Source: the human T2T-CHM13v2.0 reference genome, Homo sapiens
DNA length: 64,000 nucleotides
Reading direction: 5' to 3' (one strand)
NCBI RefSeq assembly: GCF_009914755.1
Contig: NC_060926.1
In this document: positions 1 through 14,839 of the stretch, piece after piece
Layout: each line of letters begins with the position of its first letter
How positions within the stretch are numbered: the stretch's first letter is position 1
The notes under the pieces: generated by a model
What the model was told of the DNA's origin: nothing
Seen by the model: the letters and a program-made list of their open reading frames with translations, nothing else
Databases searched by the model: none
Translations under genes and position numbers: made by a program

Positions 1-129
1 ACATCTTAAAAATATCAACACATTGCCTTGCCTGGTACATAGTATGCATAACTATTAGTTACAACAAAGGCAAAAAGGCAGGCCAAAGCAGAATATTTAA
101 GAAAAAATTAGAAATCTGCCTGTCTACTG

Positions 130-1230
130 CCCAGGGTTAAATAGGAGAGGAGAGATAGAATCAATTGAAGGTAGAAGTCAGGAGCTAGTTCATGGAAGGC
201 TTTGAATGCCAAGATAAGGAAAAGTTTCCACTGTATCCTGAAATCATGAGGAACCACTAAAGGATTTTTGAATTATAATTACAATAGTGCTTTAGAAAGA
301 TTCATTCGGTAGCTACATGCAGGCTGGATTGCAGATAATTTGACCCAGAGATGGTTTGCATTAATCTAGATATTAACATAGGGTGGTGGAATACAGAAAA
401 TTAGGCAACAGAAACATAACCATACATTTCAGGGAAATTATAAAGATCTAGCAATTAAATAAAAAATGAGAGCTGAAATTTACTGAGCAAGTACTATGTG
501 CTGGATGCTGGTCTAAATTTTTTATGGAACCTATTTAAATCATCCAACAACCCTGTGAGGTAAGTATTGTTATCATTGTTATCACCACTCCAGTTTTACA
601 GAGGAATATTTGGGTTCTGGAGAAATTAAGCAATTGGCCCAAAGTCAGTAGCAGAGCTGGGATGTAAGTCCAGGGGGTCCAGCTACTGAGCCCACCGTCT
701 TAGCCAGAAGGGAAGTTCAAAGATGCCAGGTTTCTGACTGGCCATGAAGGAGATGGGTAATATGAGTGAGGGAAAAAGGGTGGTAAGAAGGGAGGGTTTC
801 CCCCCTTTATTTAATGTGCAATGCTGATTTAGACATGTTGAATGTTGCATCCAGAAGATTGTCAAAAGGGAAAGTCCAGCTGTTATATGTGTGCCTAGAA
901 CTTAAGAAAAAGTTAGGACTGGAGACGTGGAGCAGAAAGTCATGAAAATAACTAAATTTAAAAGTCTAAAAGTAAACTGAATTTTTGGAGAACAGATTAA
1001 CAGAATTAAGAACACAGTCTTGAAGTTCCTTTACATATGGTAGATGGAGGGCAATTCAGGAAATACTGAGAAGGCATAGAGATAAAAGGGGAAATTACGG
1101 AGCCATTACAGAGCCTCAATGTCCTGGACAGGTGAGGTTAAGGAAGGTGCTGCATGGCATCTGAACAGAGATGGATGTAGGGCCTGGCAATGTCTAAAAA
1201 GATTCAGTGTGAGAGATAGACAGGCTGAAA
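130..1230 (-). mobile_element. LINE-2 fragments interrupted by MIR; resumes at about 2450-2660
   Basis: L2 antisense motifs gaaggctttgaatgccaagataagga, gaggaaccactaaaggatttttga, tttagacatgttgaat. Confidence 0.65.
470..690 (-). mobile_element. MIR SINE
   Basis: atttactgagcaagtactatgtgct...caacaaccctgtgaggtaag...ttttacagaggaa, antisense MIR core. Confidence 0.8.
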
Positions 1231-1769
1231 ACTAAGGACCTTGCAGTTTTGGATCTAGACATACTTGTGCTTAAATCTTCAGCTGTCTATTAGATAACGT
1301 CCAGCAAGGTATTTGACTTATCTCTGCCTAACTTTTATATGTAAGAATAGAGCAATTAGTTTATAGCTTATAGGGTTGCTGTGAAACAATATATGTGAGT
1401 CCCTGGAGTTGTGAACAAAATATATATATGTGTATGTATAATGGCTAAGATTCCTATCTGTGTATATACATAAACTATTATTATTGAACATAATGGGTAT
1501 TTGTCATTTCTTATGTAAGTATGTATTTATGTATATACATATATATGCATGCATATATGTACATACAAAACGCACAGTCTCACATATTCTTATATAAGAA
1601 TTCAAAGTCTGGTCCCATGGTGTCCAGTCAGAAAGTAAGTTTGCCATTTTCAGTAGAGAAGAGGCTAGATGTTTGGAAATTAAGTAAGATGGGACACTTA
1701 ACCATGATTTAGAGACATGGGAATTTGAATGCTAAAATGTCAGAAACCTAAGAAAAAGTTCTGGCAATC

Positions 1770-2410
1770 TGTATTAGTTTTCTATTGCCACTGTAACAAA
1801 CTGCCACACATTTAGTGGCTTACATCAACCTCCATTTATGATCTGTTTTCATGGGTCAGAAATCTGCATTCAGTGCGGCTCAGCTGACTCTCTGCTTGGA
1901 GAACCACAAGACTTAAACCTAAGTGTCAACAGGGTGGTATCTCTTTCTGGAGGCTCCAGGGGAGAAGCTGTCTTCAGGCACATGCAAGGTTGTTGGCAAA
2001 ATTTATTCCTTACAGTTGTAGGACTGAGGTGGCCATTTCTTTGCTGTCTGTCAGCCAGGGGTTATTCTTAGCTTTCAGAGGCCACCCACATCCCCTGACT
2101 CAAGGACCCTTTCTAAACCAGAAATAGCCAGCTGAATCACTCACACTTTGAATCTAACTTCTCCTTTTGCCTCATCTTCCTAACATATCTCTTCTTCTGT
2201 ATCTCTCTGCTGTAGCCAGGGAAAAAAGCCTTGGCTTTCAGGGCCTCATGTGATCAGGCCAGGACAATCTGGAATCATTTCTCTACTTTAAGGCCACCTG
2301 ATGATCAACCTTAATTTATGACTGCAAAGTCCCTTCACAGCTGTACGAAAATTCATGTTTGAATAATCAGGCAGTCTGGAGGGGACGTCTTTAAAATACA
2401 GTCTACTACG
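1770..2410 (-). mobile_element. ERVL-MaLR solo LTR, MLT1E-like
   Basis: tgtattagttttctattgccactgtaacaaa start; ttccttacagttgtaggactgagg and gaggccacccacat motifs. Confidence 0.75.
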
Positions 2411-2644
2411 TCTTATTCTCGAATTTTGTATGCGTGTGTTTTAATTTTAACATCAAGGATGTACTGAGAAGAAGGTGTAGATGAGAAAGACACTTGGCCT
2501 TTGGTTGTGGTTTCCACTGACCACTGAGATCCAGGTTGCAATGGGACTAAGAAATGAGTGGGAGGAAATGGAAAATTGGCTTCTAGATCATTTACTGGAA
2601 AATACTGGCAGTGAAATACAGGTGAGAAGTCGAAATAAAGGTGA

Positions 2645-3069
<425 letters not shown>

Positions 3070-3859
3070 TATGTTATGTTTTAACATGCTCAATTCTAAC
3101 TATTTTCAGTTAGATAGGCTATCCAATCCGGAAATGGCATCATCACTGAATCTAAGCAACCGGGGGGCAGAAACCTGGCTTTCATTGACAATGCATTTGA
3201 ATCCATTCCATTAAAATGGCCCCAAAAGTACCATTAGGAATTTAGAGTAACAGAAACATAGTGCTTAAGATTTAGACACATGTACATGATGACAGGATTC
3301 ACAAGTCCTAAATTGAGCAATTGGTAAGGCACCTCCTATTCATTTCTTCCCACTTCAGTTATTACTTCCTTATTACATTTTATCTTTATTCCAAGTTTTT
3401 TAACCTGTTGAGCTTTTTGGCATTTGCCATTGATTACTTCTTCATTATCGCAGAATGCTTGGATAATTCATTTTATTTTTTTCTCTTCCATTTCCAGTAG
3501 ATTTCCCCATTTGCCTGCAGGTTAGTTTGCTGCACAGCCTTTCTGTCATAGGAAAAACAAGACTGGTCCATGGTGCATCTGCAGGCTCAGCTCAACCAGT
3601 GTACACCCTGCTTAAAGGAAGTAAAGCAGCAAGTATCTACTTCCTCCTTCACTGTGGTCTCTCCTGAGCCTCAGCCCTGCAGAAGAGCTCTTAAAGTTAG
3701 TGGTACTCAGGCTCACTGCTTCCTGCTAGAAAGGTCAACCCAACTGAGCAGCTCCAAGTTACCAATGAGAGTAGACTTGTCTGGGGGAGTTTAAATGAAC
3801 ACGACAAAACCTCGTATTTCTAAACGTACAGTTTTCAAAGTGGACAATGTCTGTGAAAT

Positions 3860-3975
3860 ATAGGTTGGGGCAAAGGTAACTGCGGTTTTTGCGATTATTT
3901 TTAAAATAGTGGTTTTTTAAAATGGCGCTACTAAAAATGATGGCAAAACCCACAACTACCTTTGTGCCAATCTAA
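3860..3975. mobile_element. MADE1 (Hsmar1-derived MITE) with expanded internal spacer
   Basis: TIRs taggttggggcaaaggtaactgcggtttttgc and gcaaaacccacaactacctttgtgccaatcta; 44-nt arms with 34/44 complementarity and a 28-nt loop. Confidence 0.88.
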
Positions 3976-4069
3976 TCGTATACAGTATTTAGAAATTTCT
4001 TGGAAAATAAAGGGTGCTGTGCACATGAGTGAGAATGTAGATGAGCCAACAATAACAGAGACTGCAGTT

Positions 4070-4150
4070 TGTGGGTGTGTGGTGCATGTGGGAGTCTGTG
4101 TGTGCACAGTGTGTGTGTGTGTGTGATGCATGCTTATTGTGTGTGTGGGG
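4070..4150 (+). repeat. Degenerate (TG)n microsatellite
   Basis: Interrupted gtgtgtgt runs. Confidence 0.8.
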
Positions 4151-6394
4151 TAGATGTTGTGCATTTGCTGTGTATGTCTGTACAGGTATATAGGCATAAA
4201 ATTATCTTGATTGCATTAAAATAACATAGTACTCCAATTATAGCCTTTCAGACAGGTATAAAGTTGTAATATTTGTTCACAGTACTGAATTTCAATAGGT
4301 TAGAAGGTGAAAATTCTCATTTAGAGAATTCTCATCAAATCAGAATTTGATGGGAGAGGGGTTTGGGTAGGTAAGAAATTCATTTCTTACAGAGTTTACA
4401 GAGCCCATCTTAGAATCTAACAGCAAACAGTGAAGGAGTTATACTTTTTCAATAGTGGACTTCATCACTGGTCAGAGATATCCATTTCCAGAAAAAAATT
4501 ATAGTCCAGAGATATGTATATATCTTACCAATAAGTATCTTAGTGTGATATTTAGAAAATAAAATACATTGATTTTAGGGTTTATTATTTTCTGAATTTC
4601 CTGTTGGGCATTTAGTTAATCACCCTTTTTGAAGTTTTTGATTTTTTTTTGCTAAAGGCATCCAACTGTCTTCGAGAAGTCATGTGTATTTTAATATTTC
4701 CAGCTTCAGCCTGCTCTGCTGTTGAAAATGGGAAATCTCTAAGGGACAAACATTTATTCTTATGGAGACAAAACTCTAACTCACATGCCCTTGCCTCCAT
4801 CCTCAGAAGCCAGGGCATAACAATAATGACAATGACAACAACAAAAATACCACAGCTAGCTCATAGCATTTCTAAACATGTTTCATACAAATATATATGC
4901 CTGGATTGATACTGCTCTTTACAAAGGCATGCAGCTAATTCTCACCTAGAATACAGTGTTCTTTTCCTATTAAAAAGTAATCAACTCCAAAGCAATATAT
5001 TTTTCATTATACTATTTTTCCTCTACCTTTTAAAGAAAATGAAAAGCATTCCGAGCTGAAGCAGATTTCTTCCACAAATGATCAGGTGAAGACACACAAA
5101 TACAGCCTCCAAGAAGATGAGGCTGAGGAGATCTGAATCAATGCAGTTATCTTTTTATCTTATAGGGACTGTTTTCCAATTGCATTTTCCCTAGAGACAG
5201 AGGTATCCTGTCTGCTTGCTGGCTTGGAGCCTACTCCAGCTTCCCACTACTGGCAAAATTAACTACAGACCAATGTTATTTCCTTTAAAATAAAACAAGC
5301 ACCTAAAATTGCCCTCCTGTAGCCATTCAAACTACTCATTACCTTGCTTTCAATATGAATGTCACTCACTGTTTAATAATTACCCTGAAAAGCACATTGT
5401 ATGTAAGTTTTGTGGGGAGACTAAGGTCTTTCAAATCTGTAAAGCTCTAATGGAAAAATTGGTCAATTTATGGAATACCACCATTACATATGCTTTATTC
5501 TTGTGGCTGTCTTTTTACTGCAGAAGGATTTGTCTTTATAAATGGAAGGCAATAAAGCATTATTACCTAAGCAATTTTGAGAAGGAAACTAATTGTCATG
5601 TAAATGCCAATTGCTGAGTGTGAAGGCAACCAGATATCTAGACCAACAATTTATTGCTAGTGGATCAGATTGTTAGCCTAGGTACAATCCCTGTAACCCA
5701 GTCGACTCCACAAACCACTTATTTAATGGCACCGTAATGCATTTGTGTCTTTTAAGGCCTCCACCAGGAGATAAAGCTAATACAATACTTTGATTTAAGT
5801 GTTTAATGCCTTGCATTGTGGAAATTGGAGAATAATGGTAGGGTCTTGGGTTTGCAATCAAGAACTTTGTGTTTTGCAGATAACTAATTGTTGAATTTCC
5901 TTTATTTAGTTGTGCACACTGCAGTAAATTCTTGACATTTTGAAGTCCAGTAGTTAAGGTCCCCAATTAAAGGGCAAATTAACCTCTGGGTATGTGTTCT
6001 GCACCTCACTAGGTAAACAAGAAGAACTGAAATAGCAGAGAAACAAGAATTGGATACCTCTCATAAGGGCACCCATATGTATTTAATCTAGTTTATGAGA
6101 ATGACTCTCTGTCAAACATTGTTCGTGTCTGTCCAGTGCCAGGAATCAATGATAAGAGAGAATTAGAACAGACTATACACAGTCCATGTGGGGAGATGAT
6201 GGTACACATAAAACACAAAAGGCAGAAACGAAGTGACAAATGAAGAATATGGGTTGCAGCATCTGAAAACAAAGGAGAACATTGTGTTGGCCAAGGTGAA
6301 GCAGGATTTCTTCATACAAGCACTGAGACTTGATTTGGGACCTGGACAATAGTAGGACTTTGAAAGTTACTACTATAACCCCAAGAGAAGAGAC

Positions 6395-6890
<496 letters not shown>

Positions 6891-7194
6891 CAGAAGCTGG
6901 TTCACCTAATAGTTTTCTTAGGCAGAAAATCATATAATAGTGCCCTCTGTGGCACTACCTCCCAACACAAACTATTTTTATACTGCACGGAGATCTCATT
7001 TATAAAATCAAATATTCTCTTTTCCTAATGTATACTCAGTCAGGTGGAATTAACTAACCAGCTGGATCACACCGCATGTTTAGGAAATGGAGGAGAAAAC
7101 CCTGGAATAAAGCCAGCCTCTTCACTGGCCACGGCTGTGCTTGGAATTTGTAAACCTGGTCATGCTTGTCATGTCCCTCAGGTATTGTCTAAAT

Positions 7195-7427
7195 CAGGGT
7201 TTCTTAAACTCAGCACTATTGACATCTTGGATCTGATCATTTGTTGTTTGTGTGTGGGGGTGTCCCTTGTATTGCAGGATGTTTTGTAGCATCCCTGGCT
7301 GGCCTCTACCCATGGATACCAGTAGCAAACTCCCCGCCCTCTGCTGTGCCCATCTGTGACAGCCACTGAGGTCCTCAGAAGTTGCCAAAACTTCTTGGGG
7401 GAGGGCAGGGAAAAATCTCTCCCCAAC
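7195..7427 (-). mobile_element. MER20 (hAT-Charlie)
   Basis: cagcactattgacatcttgg...gcaggatgttttgtagcatccctggc...ctctacccatggataccagtagca matches recalled MER20. Confidence 0.85.
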
Positions 7428-7476
7428 CCTAGGTCTAAATCTAGTATTTAGTTTTTACTTTCCGCCCCCCCCCGGC

Positions 7477-7765
7477 TTTGTTTTTCGGAGATGGGGTCTC
7501 ACTCTGCCACCCAGGCTAAAGTGCAGCGGTGTGATCATAGCTCACTGCAACCTTGAACTCTTGGGCTCAAATGACTCTCTTGCCTCAGCCTGCTGAGTAG
7601 CTGGGATTACAAATGTGTATCATCACACCTTTTTTCATTTTAATTTTTTTTGAGGTGGGGTCTTGCTATGTTGCCCAATCTAGTCTAGAACTCCTGGTTT
7701 CAAGAGATCCTCTCACCTCAGCTTCCTGGTAGCTGAGATTACAGGTGTGAGCCACCAAATCCAGT
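7477..7765 (-). mobile_element. AluJ
   Basis: Diverged dimer with J-type gatcatagctcactgca and tcttgctatgttgccc. Confidence 0.85.
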
Positions 7766-8159
7766 ATTTCCTTGATGATGGCTTCCAGAGCCAGGGATCT
7801 CCTGGCAGATGGTGGAGATTTCTCTTTGGACCAGAGTTAGTACCTCTTGAAAGCCGAGCTGACTTGCTTGGAAGAACCTCAGACCTACTGTCCTTCAAAT
7901 CAGTGCCCTCTTTCACTTCTCTACATGTCTCAAAACACCACTATTCAAATTAGTGCATAAGCCTAGGTTTCTGTTTCTGTTCTGGGACGTCTCTATTAAA
8001 ATGCAGCTTCACTTGCCTGGAAAAGCTACAAACCCATTATAATCTTCAATAACTTAGAATATTATCTCAGAAGAGGCAAACTGGTCACCTAGGCAAAGGC
8101 CCAAGGAATTGGGGATGAGGATACACGTTTCAAGCATGAAAGCATGTCATTGGGACTGT

Positions 8160-8390
8160 GGTGTTGGCCACTGTGGGTAAGACCACTGTGCTGGCCTTCA
8201 CACTTACTTGCCAGGTACCTCTGGGTGACTTCCCTAACCTCTCTGGAAATGAGTCTCCTTATCTGCAAAATAAAGATAACCACAGTATCTACTTTATTAG
8301 ATGTTGTGAGGCTTATTAATAGAATATTGGTGAAGTGCTTAGCGCCATGTGTGGAATATAATAAAATGCTCAGTGGATGTCAGTTGTAAG
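8160..8390 (+). mobile_element. MIR SINE
   Basis: ctaacctctctg...ctccttatctgcaaaataaagataa...gttgtgaggcttatta...gtgcttagcg. Confidence 0.75.
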
Positions 8391-8501
8391 TTGGATTATA
8401 AAGTAATTGTGTTGAGGTCATCTTGAGCTGCGCTGCTACAGTGTATGGTTTATGAGTGCAGGATGATCCTAGCTGCTCATGCATTGAGCATTAGGAGGAG
8501 G

Positions 8502-8549
8502 AGCTCCGGGCACAAAAAGGGCACCAGCTCCGGGCACAAAAAGGGCACC
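8502..8549 (+). repeat. Perfect 24-bp tandem duplication
   Basis: agctccgggcacaaaaagggcacc occurs twice in tandem. Confidence 0.95.
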
Positions 8550-10831
8550 TCGAAAGTGGCAGTGAAAGGAATAGGATGCTTCAGAAAGGAAGGGAGTAGC
8601 CAGAAGACCCCTTGGTTTGGATAAGGATAATTAGGTTAAACAGCCTCTCTTCCCCTGCACACTCACTCCTTCCACAACTGACCTCTTTGTGCTCATTGTG
8701 TCTTGCAACACTGGCTATTTCATTTTTAAATCCCCTCTGTGCACAACTACAAAAGGTTCCAATTATCCTATTTCTGTCATCTCCCTTTATCCCACAAAGA
8801 AGACTCAAATTCCAAGGAAGTTAAGAAAGCCAAGTTTTAACCAATATCATATGTTTAAAAAAAAAAAAGAACTTTTCATGGTTACTTTTCTGCCTAAGCG
8901 GGACTGTAAATTCCCAGAGCAATAAACAGTATCCTCTTTATGTTTCAACGGTGCGGGATCTCCTACTGGCATGTGGCAAATACCAACATTATAATTACCA
9001 ATTTGATGTTGTGAACAGCAGAAAAGAGTATTGCACTTTGTTTTCTCCCCGTCTTCCTCTTTTTCCTTTGAATAAATTTCCAAGGCCACGGAAAGGTATT
9101 AAAGTACACTGACAAAGAGACATTTAATCTGACTTTGTTCTCTTTTGCAAGGGTATCATAGATTGGGAAGGAGATCCGCTACCTAGACTGCATCAAAAGA
9201 TCTTTGGCAGCATTTAAAATTGGCATCCTTCTTGCTTTGGTTGGCATTAGGGAACATATTTTCAGGAACCAGTTCTGAATTTGTGTTGACTTCTTCTTTC
9301 TCACTGCCCATAACTACAGAGTGGAGACTGCCATGATAAGCCATTTCTTTTTTTCTTTTAGGCAGAGTGCATCTCACTGCATTCACAGTGAGGAGAGCAT
9401 TGGATGGCATCAGGAAGCCTGTATTCAACATCTATCGCTGATAGGTTGAGTGACCTCAGGCAAAAACAGTAATCTTTCTGGACTTCTTGTTCTGAAGCTT
9501 TTTTTAAAAAAACTCTAAACTTCTATGTTTGTGTGTTTTTAAATAAAACAACTTGTATCAGCCATTTCCAGGTAAACCTACAACCGGACCCCAAAAAATA
9601 AGCCTTTATTATTTTCTTTTTTTTTTTTTTTTTACCTCAAGTACCACTTAGGCAAGAAAAATGATTTTTCAATCAGAGCTCCTCTTTCTCCACATTTAGT
9701 CCAGATGATGCACCCAAAAAGATGCTACTGTCTCTCATTCCCTGCTCTCAGCTGGATTCTACTTCAGAAGGAAACAGCTGTGCCTTCTCACTAGATGACA
9801 TTGCCCTTGACATGATTTGTAAATAAAGCACTGGAAATAATTTTGGGGCTGTTTTCACACCCACTTAATTTATTGATAATATCTTGCTAAAATCTGAATA
9901 TTCAGTTATGTATTTTTAACATCTCATTACTTTCGCCTTGAATACAGCTGCAAAACGGAAGCCGACACTGGGAAACCCTTCCTTTCCAACAGGCCTGATG
10001 TTCAGTTTTGTCCCCCTCTGCTCTTTGGGTTGACTTCAGTAGTCATTGCCAAGACTGAGTCTTTGTATAAAAGCCTGAGCTTTTCATCTGCTGGAGAAAA
10101 AGGCAGAGTCAATATGGGTGTGACATATACAGTCCTCCTTGTTGTGGAAATTGTACCTTGATTTTCCTATGGGGAACACCTCCTCTATCCCCTCACCTTC
10201 CAGAGCACATCAAACAAGGTGACCTGACCCACCTCCACCAATCAGATTGTTCCTTCTCTGAACTTGAACCTTGAGAGGAATGATATATAAAGGCAGAAAA
10301 CAGCCATGATTTATACCAAAGACAGTGTCTTGAATGCTGCACATTTATTATCATTATTATAATTATTATTGTTATTCCTATTGTTCCTGGGCTCCTGCTC
10401 CCGCCGTGCTTACTGAGGCCTCTTGCTTAGCTCTTCCTCCAGTCTGAGGGGATTCCCCTACCTGCACTCTTTATTTTCCTTGACCTAGCTAAGGTCATTT
10501 TCTTTTTGTAACCATATAACTATTTGCAACCATATGTTTATTTACACTGTAAATGGGTACAGACATTGTGCTAAGTATTCAGGATAACCAGAAGAATAAA
10601 ATAACTTATTTGTCTTTACAGAGCTTAGAGGAGTTGGTTTGGCAGGTGCTGTGATGAGAGATTTGCATCAGAAAGTACTAAAAGTCTAACAAATGAAAAT
10701 TTCATTATCATTTCTTCCATATGTCCTTTCAAGGGCCAAAAAGCAAACCAACTATATGCTCATTCCCTTTCCTTCTAAATACCCTTCCATGCAACTTTAT
10801 CATGATTTTACTAACATAATCATCCACCTAA

Positions 10832-11216
<385 letters not shown>

Positions 11217-11543
11217 CCCATCACCAAATTCTAATGATTGTATATTTTCTTGTAATCCTCCTCGTTGCAGCAACCTTCCTTGTGAAAGCCAGGTCTGATC
11301 AAGTTATTCCCAACTCGGAAGCCTTGAGTAGCATCCTCTCTTGTCAATATCAGTGTTTCCCCAACTGTATTCTAGAGCTTCACAACATGTTAGCCAGGAT
11401 GACAGAGAAGAGATTTACAATGGCAACTAAACTTGAGAAATGCTGCGTTGAACAAAGCTAAACTGACCTTCTCACTGCAGAATTCCTCAGAGCTCCAATT
11501 CCCATTGTGCAACACAACTCTCTCTCCAGTCTGTAGTATGTGA

Positions 11544-11975
<432 letters not shown>

Positions 11976-13049
11976 ACATAGCAGCATTTTCTTACAGGGT
12001 ACATCTTATTCTGTGTCACACAATTTAGGAAATGATCTGTGCAACTGAGTCTCAGTGAGAAAACTAGTGAGATAGAATTTCAAATTTTTTAGCATAAGAA
12101 GATGTCAGTGACATCTTCTCCAGGGGGTACAGGAATTGCAGGAGTTTATTGAGGAGCCATGAAAATCTGAACTAGGGCAGATGCCAGGTTGCACTGGTGC
12201 TAAAACAAAGAATTGACAGCATGGTGGCTGGCTGACAGGCTTCAGGGCAAGACCTCTGCATCTGTCCCAATTTTGGTCTGTTCCTTCCCTGAAATGAACC
12301 CCAGCCAAATCACACATCTCTACCAGGAATCATTTTTTCATAGCAGTTTGACCAAGATACTTGTGCCTATCAGTTAGGGGAATGCATAACTTAAATAAAT
12401 ACTTCCAGTTATTTTCTGAGATTGGACAAAAATTGACACATAATTAGGTATGTAGCATTGGGTTCACGGGGTTTCTGTGAAATCTCAGCACAATAGAGTG
12501 AGGCATGAACAAATTTTCATGGTTGTATAGTAAGCACTAAATAAGCACTGTAGTCAGCATGGAAGATAATTTATGACTCAGTTAAAGGGAAAATATGGAA
12601 CATGAGAGTCCACTCTCTACCCACTTTTTTCAATAACCGATGATATCTCTGATCTGCTTTGTAAACAGATTTCTAAAAGGATTTGTTGCTTTTGATGCAT
12701 TAGTACTCACATCTCCTACTTGCATTATGTTGCTGAAAATTAAGTGTCAGATATTTATTACCACATTCCGCTTGTACTGTTTTACAGTCAAGAAAAGATA
12801 GTCTGACTTGTGACTATTCAATTATACCTGTGGAAATCTTTCTGAATTAGGAGCCAGAATGCATGTTTCTCAAAGTCAAAAATATAATCCTTAATCCTAC
12901 ATTTACATTAACAGCAAAATCATTTTCCACTCATATCAGCCAAGTATATTATAATGGATTGCAGACATTATAGTTCTCACTGGTACCTTGAAGTTGGAAT
13001 ACTGAATTAAAGTGAAACCCTAATGAAAATTTAAAAGAGAATAACAATT

Positions 13050-13385
13050 AGGCAGCCTAGGATTCAAGTTAGTCCCACAGTTGTATTTTTTTTCTGCCAA
13101 AAAATGTTTTAAGGTATATGAATTTGTTGCCAGCATTTAACAATTGGGAGATTTTTGTATATAAACCCTGGTTACTAGTTTTTTTTGAAAAATTCGAGAT
13201 CTGACCATACTGATCCCACCTTTTGACCTGGAAACTGTTGTCCAAGCTGAGTGGTGGCTGAACCCTCTGGATGGGCCATGCCTGCCCTAGTTTGCTATGC
13301 TACCCACCAATCCGATTTGAGCCATTGTCTAGCCTGTTTCATTTATTCCCTTCGTGGCCTGCTGGCATGGAGTCTGGAACCCTTA
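13050..13385. mobile_element. MER102-like hAT-Charlie element
   Basis: tttgttgccagcatttaacaattgggagattt...gaaaaattcgagatctg...gctgagtggtggctg. Confidence 0.65.
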
Positions 13386-14641
13386 AGGGTTTCACGTTTA
13401 AGACCATGTCTTTTGGGAAGAATATTGTGACTGAGACTCTGATCTAAGCCTTGCCTGATGCCTCTACATTAGACAATAATCCTAAGGATTTCTACTGCTG
13501 ATATATTCGCAGTTAATACAGGTCTGCAATAGATCAATAGTTTACTCGTGAAGATTTCTCAAATGTGAATCATGTGCCAAAATTTTGAAGGTAGTAATAA
13601 AATTGTGTTTCTGTTCTGTCTAACTAGAATGCCCTCTCCTTAAATGTACAGGACAAGAGAATATTTCTTGTATTGATTAAGCCATAGTAATCATTACATT
13701 GCACCAAATTTCTTCTTTAATTTAAAAGAATAAAAACCATTTTGAGGCAGAGTCAGCTCATGTGAGAAATCAGTGTGGCAATTAATGGTATGGCTCAAAC
13801 CTCTTCATGTAAATGACGAGAACGTGATGCTAAGCAAAACTTCTAAGAAGTGACAGAGATTTATTTTAAAGGGGAAGTAAACAGTTTTCAAGTAGTAATT
13901 TTATATTAAGAATGAAAGAAATATAAGGACTGTAACATGAAAGTTAGTTACTCGAAGTTAAAATTTTCAATTACTTGTCTTTCACAATTTAAGAAAAGGT
14001 GGATGCAATGTCACATTCTCATTGATGTTCTTCATCTATTTCTTCATTATCTACATTTTACATGACTTCTTCTTGCAAAGGGAAGAATTTGATGTACAGT
14101 CCAACTGACTATTGGAACAAGAAAGCTAAACTACAATCACATGTTTTCACAATTTGGTCTAAAATTCTTTTTTTTTTTTTTTTTTTACAATAGAGTCATT
14201 TCTTACATGTTATATTTTCGAAATACCTATTTAAAACTTTATGTTTGAAAGGAGAAATAAAATACAGGATGCGGAGGGTGTTAGCACAGGTGAGATGTCT
14301 TATGTGTTTTCCTTGGTGAAATTTAGATGACTGTATTTAAGTGGATGTAATAAAAATATGTCATAGAATTCAAAGTGAATTAGAACAACTACAAATAATA
14401 AGCTGCTGTAATAATAAGGGATACTTGATGATTGGTTAAACTTTAATGTGTTGTTCATTTTCTAAATGCAAACGATTCTTTAATATAGCTTGATCTTAAA
14501 ATAACAAACCTCTTTGAAAGAGATATGACCTGACTCATCAGTAATTCCTTATTGAGGGCTTAAAGAGGCACAGGAACCATGGACCCAGGAATAAAATAAT
14601 GATTTTTCTACAGCTTTAAGTCCTGGCCTTTAAGTATGTGT

Positions 14642-14839
14642 TCTTTCTTTCTTCTTTTTTTTTTCGTTTCTTTCTTTTTTCTTTTTTTAAATAGAGACAC
14701 GGTCTCGCCCCATCACCCAGTCTGGAGTTCAGTGGCATCATTATAGCTCACTGCAGCCTCGAACTCCTGGGCTCAACCCATCGGCCCACCTTGGCCTTCC
14801 AAAATGCTGAGACTACAGGTGTAAGGCACCATGCCTGGC
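14642..14839 (-). mobile_element. Alu monomer (FRAM/AluJ right arm) with T-rich tail
   Basis: Single right-arm monomer; degenerate TSD tggcctttaagtat / tggcctttgaatat. Confidence 0.75.
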
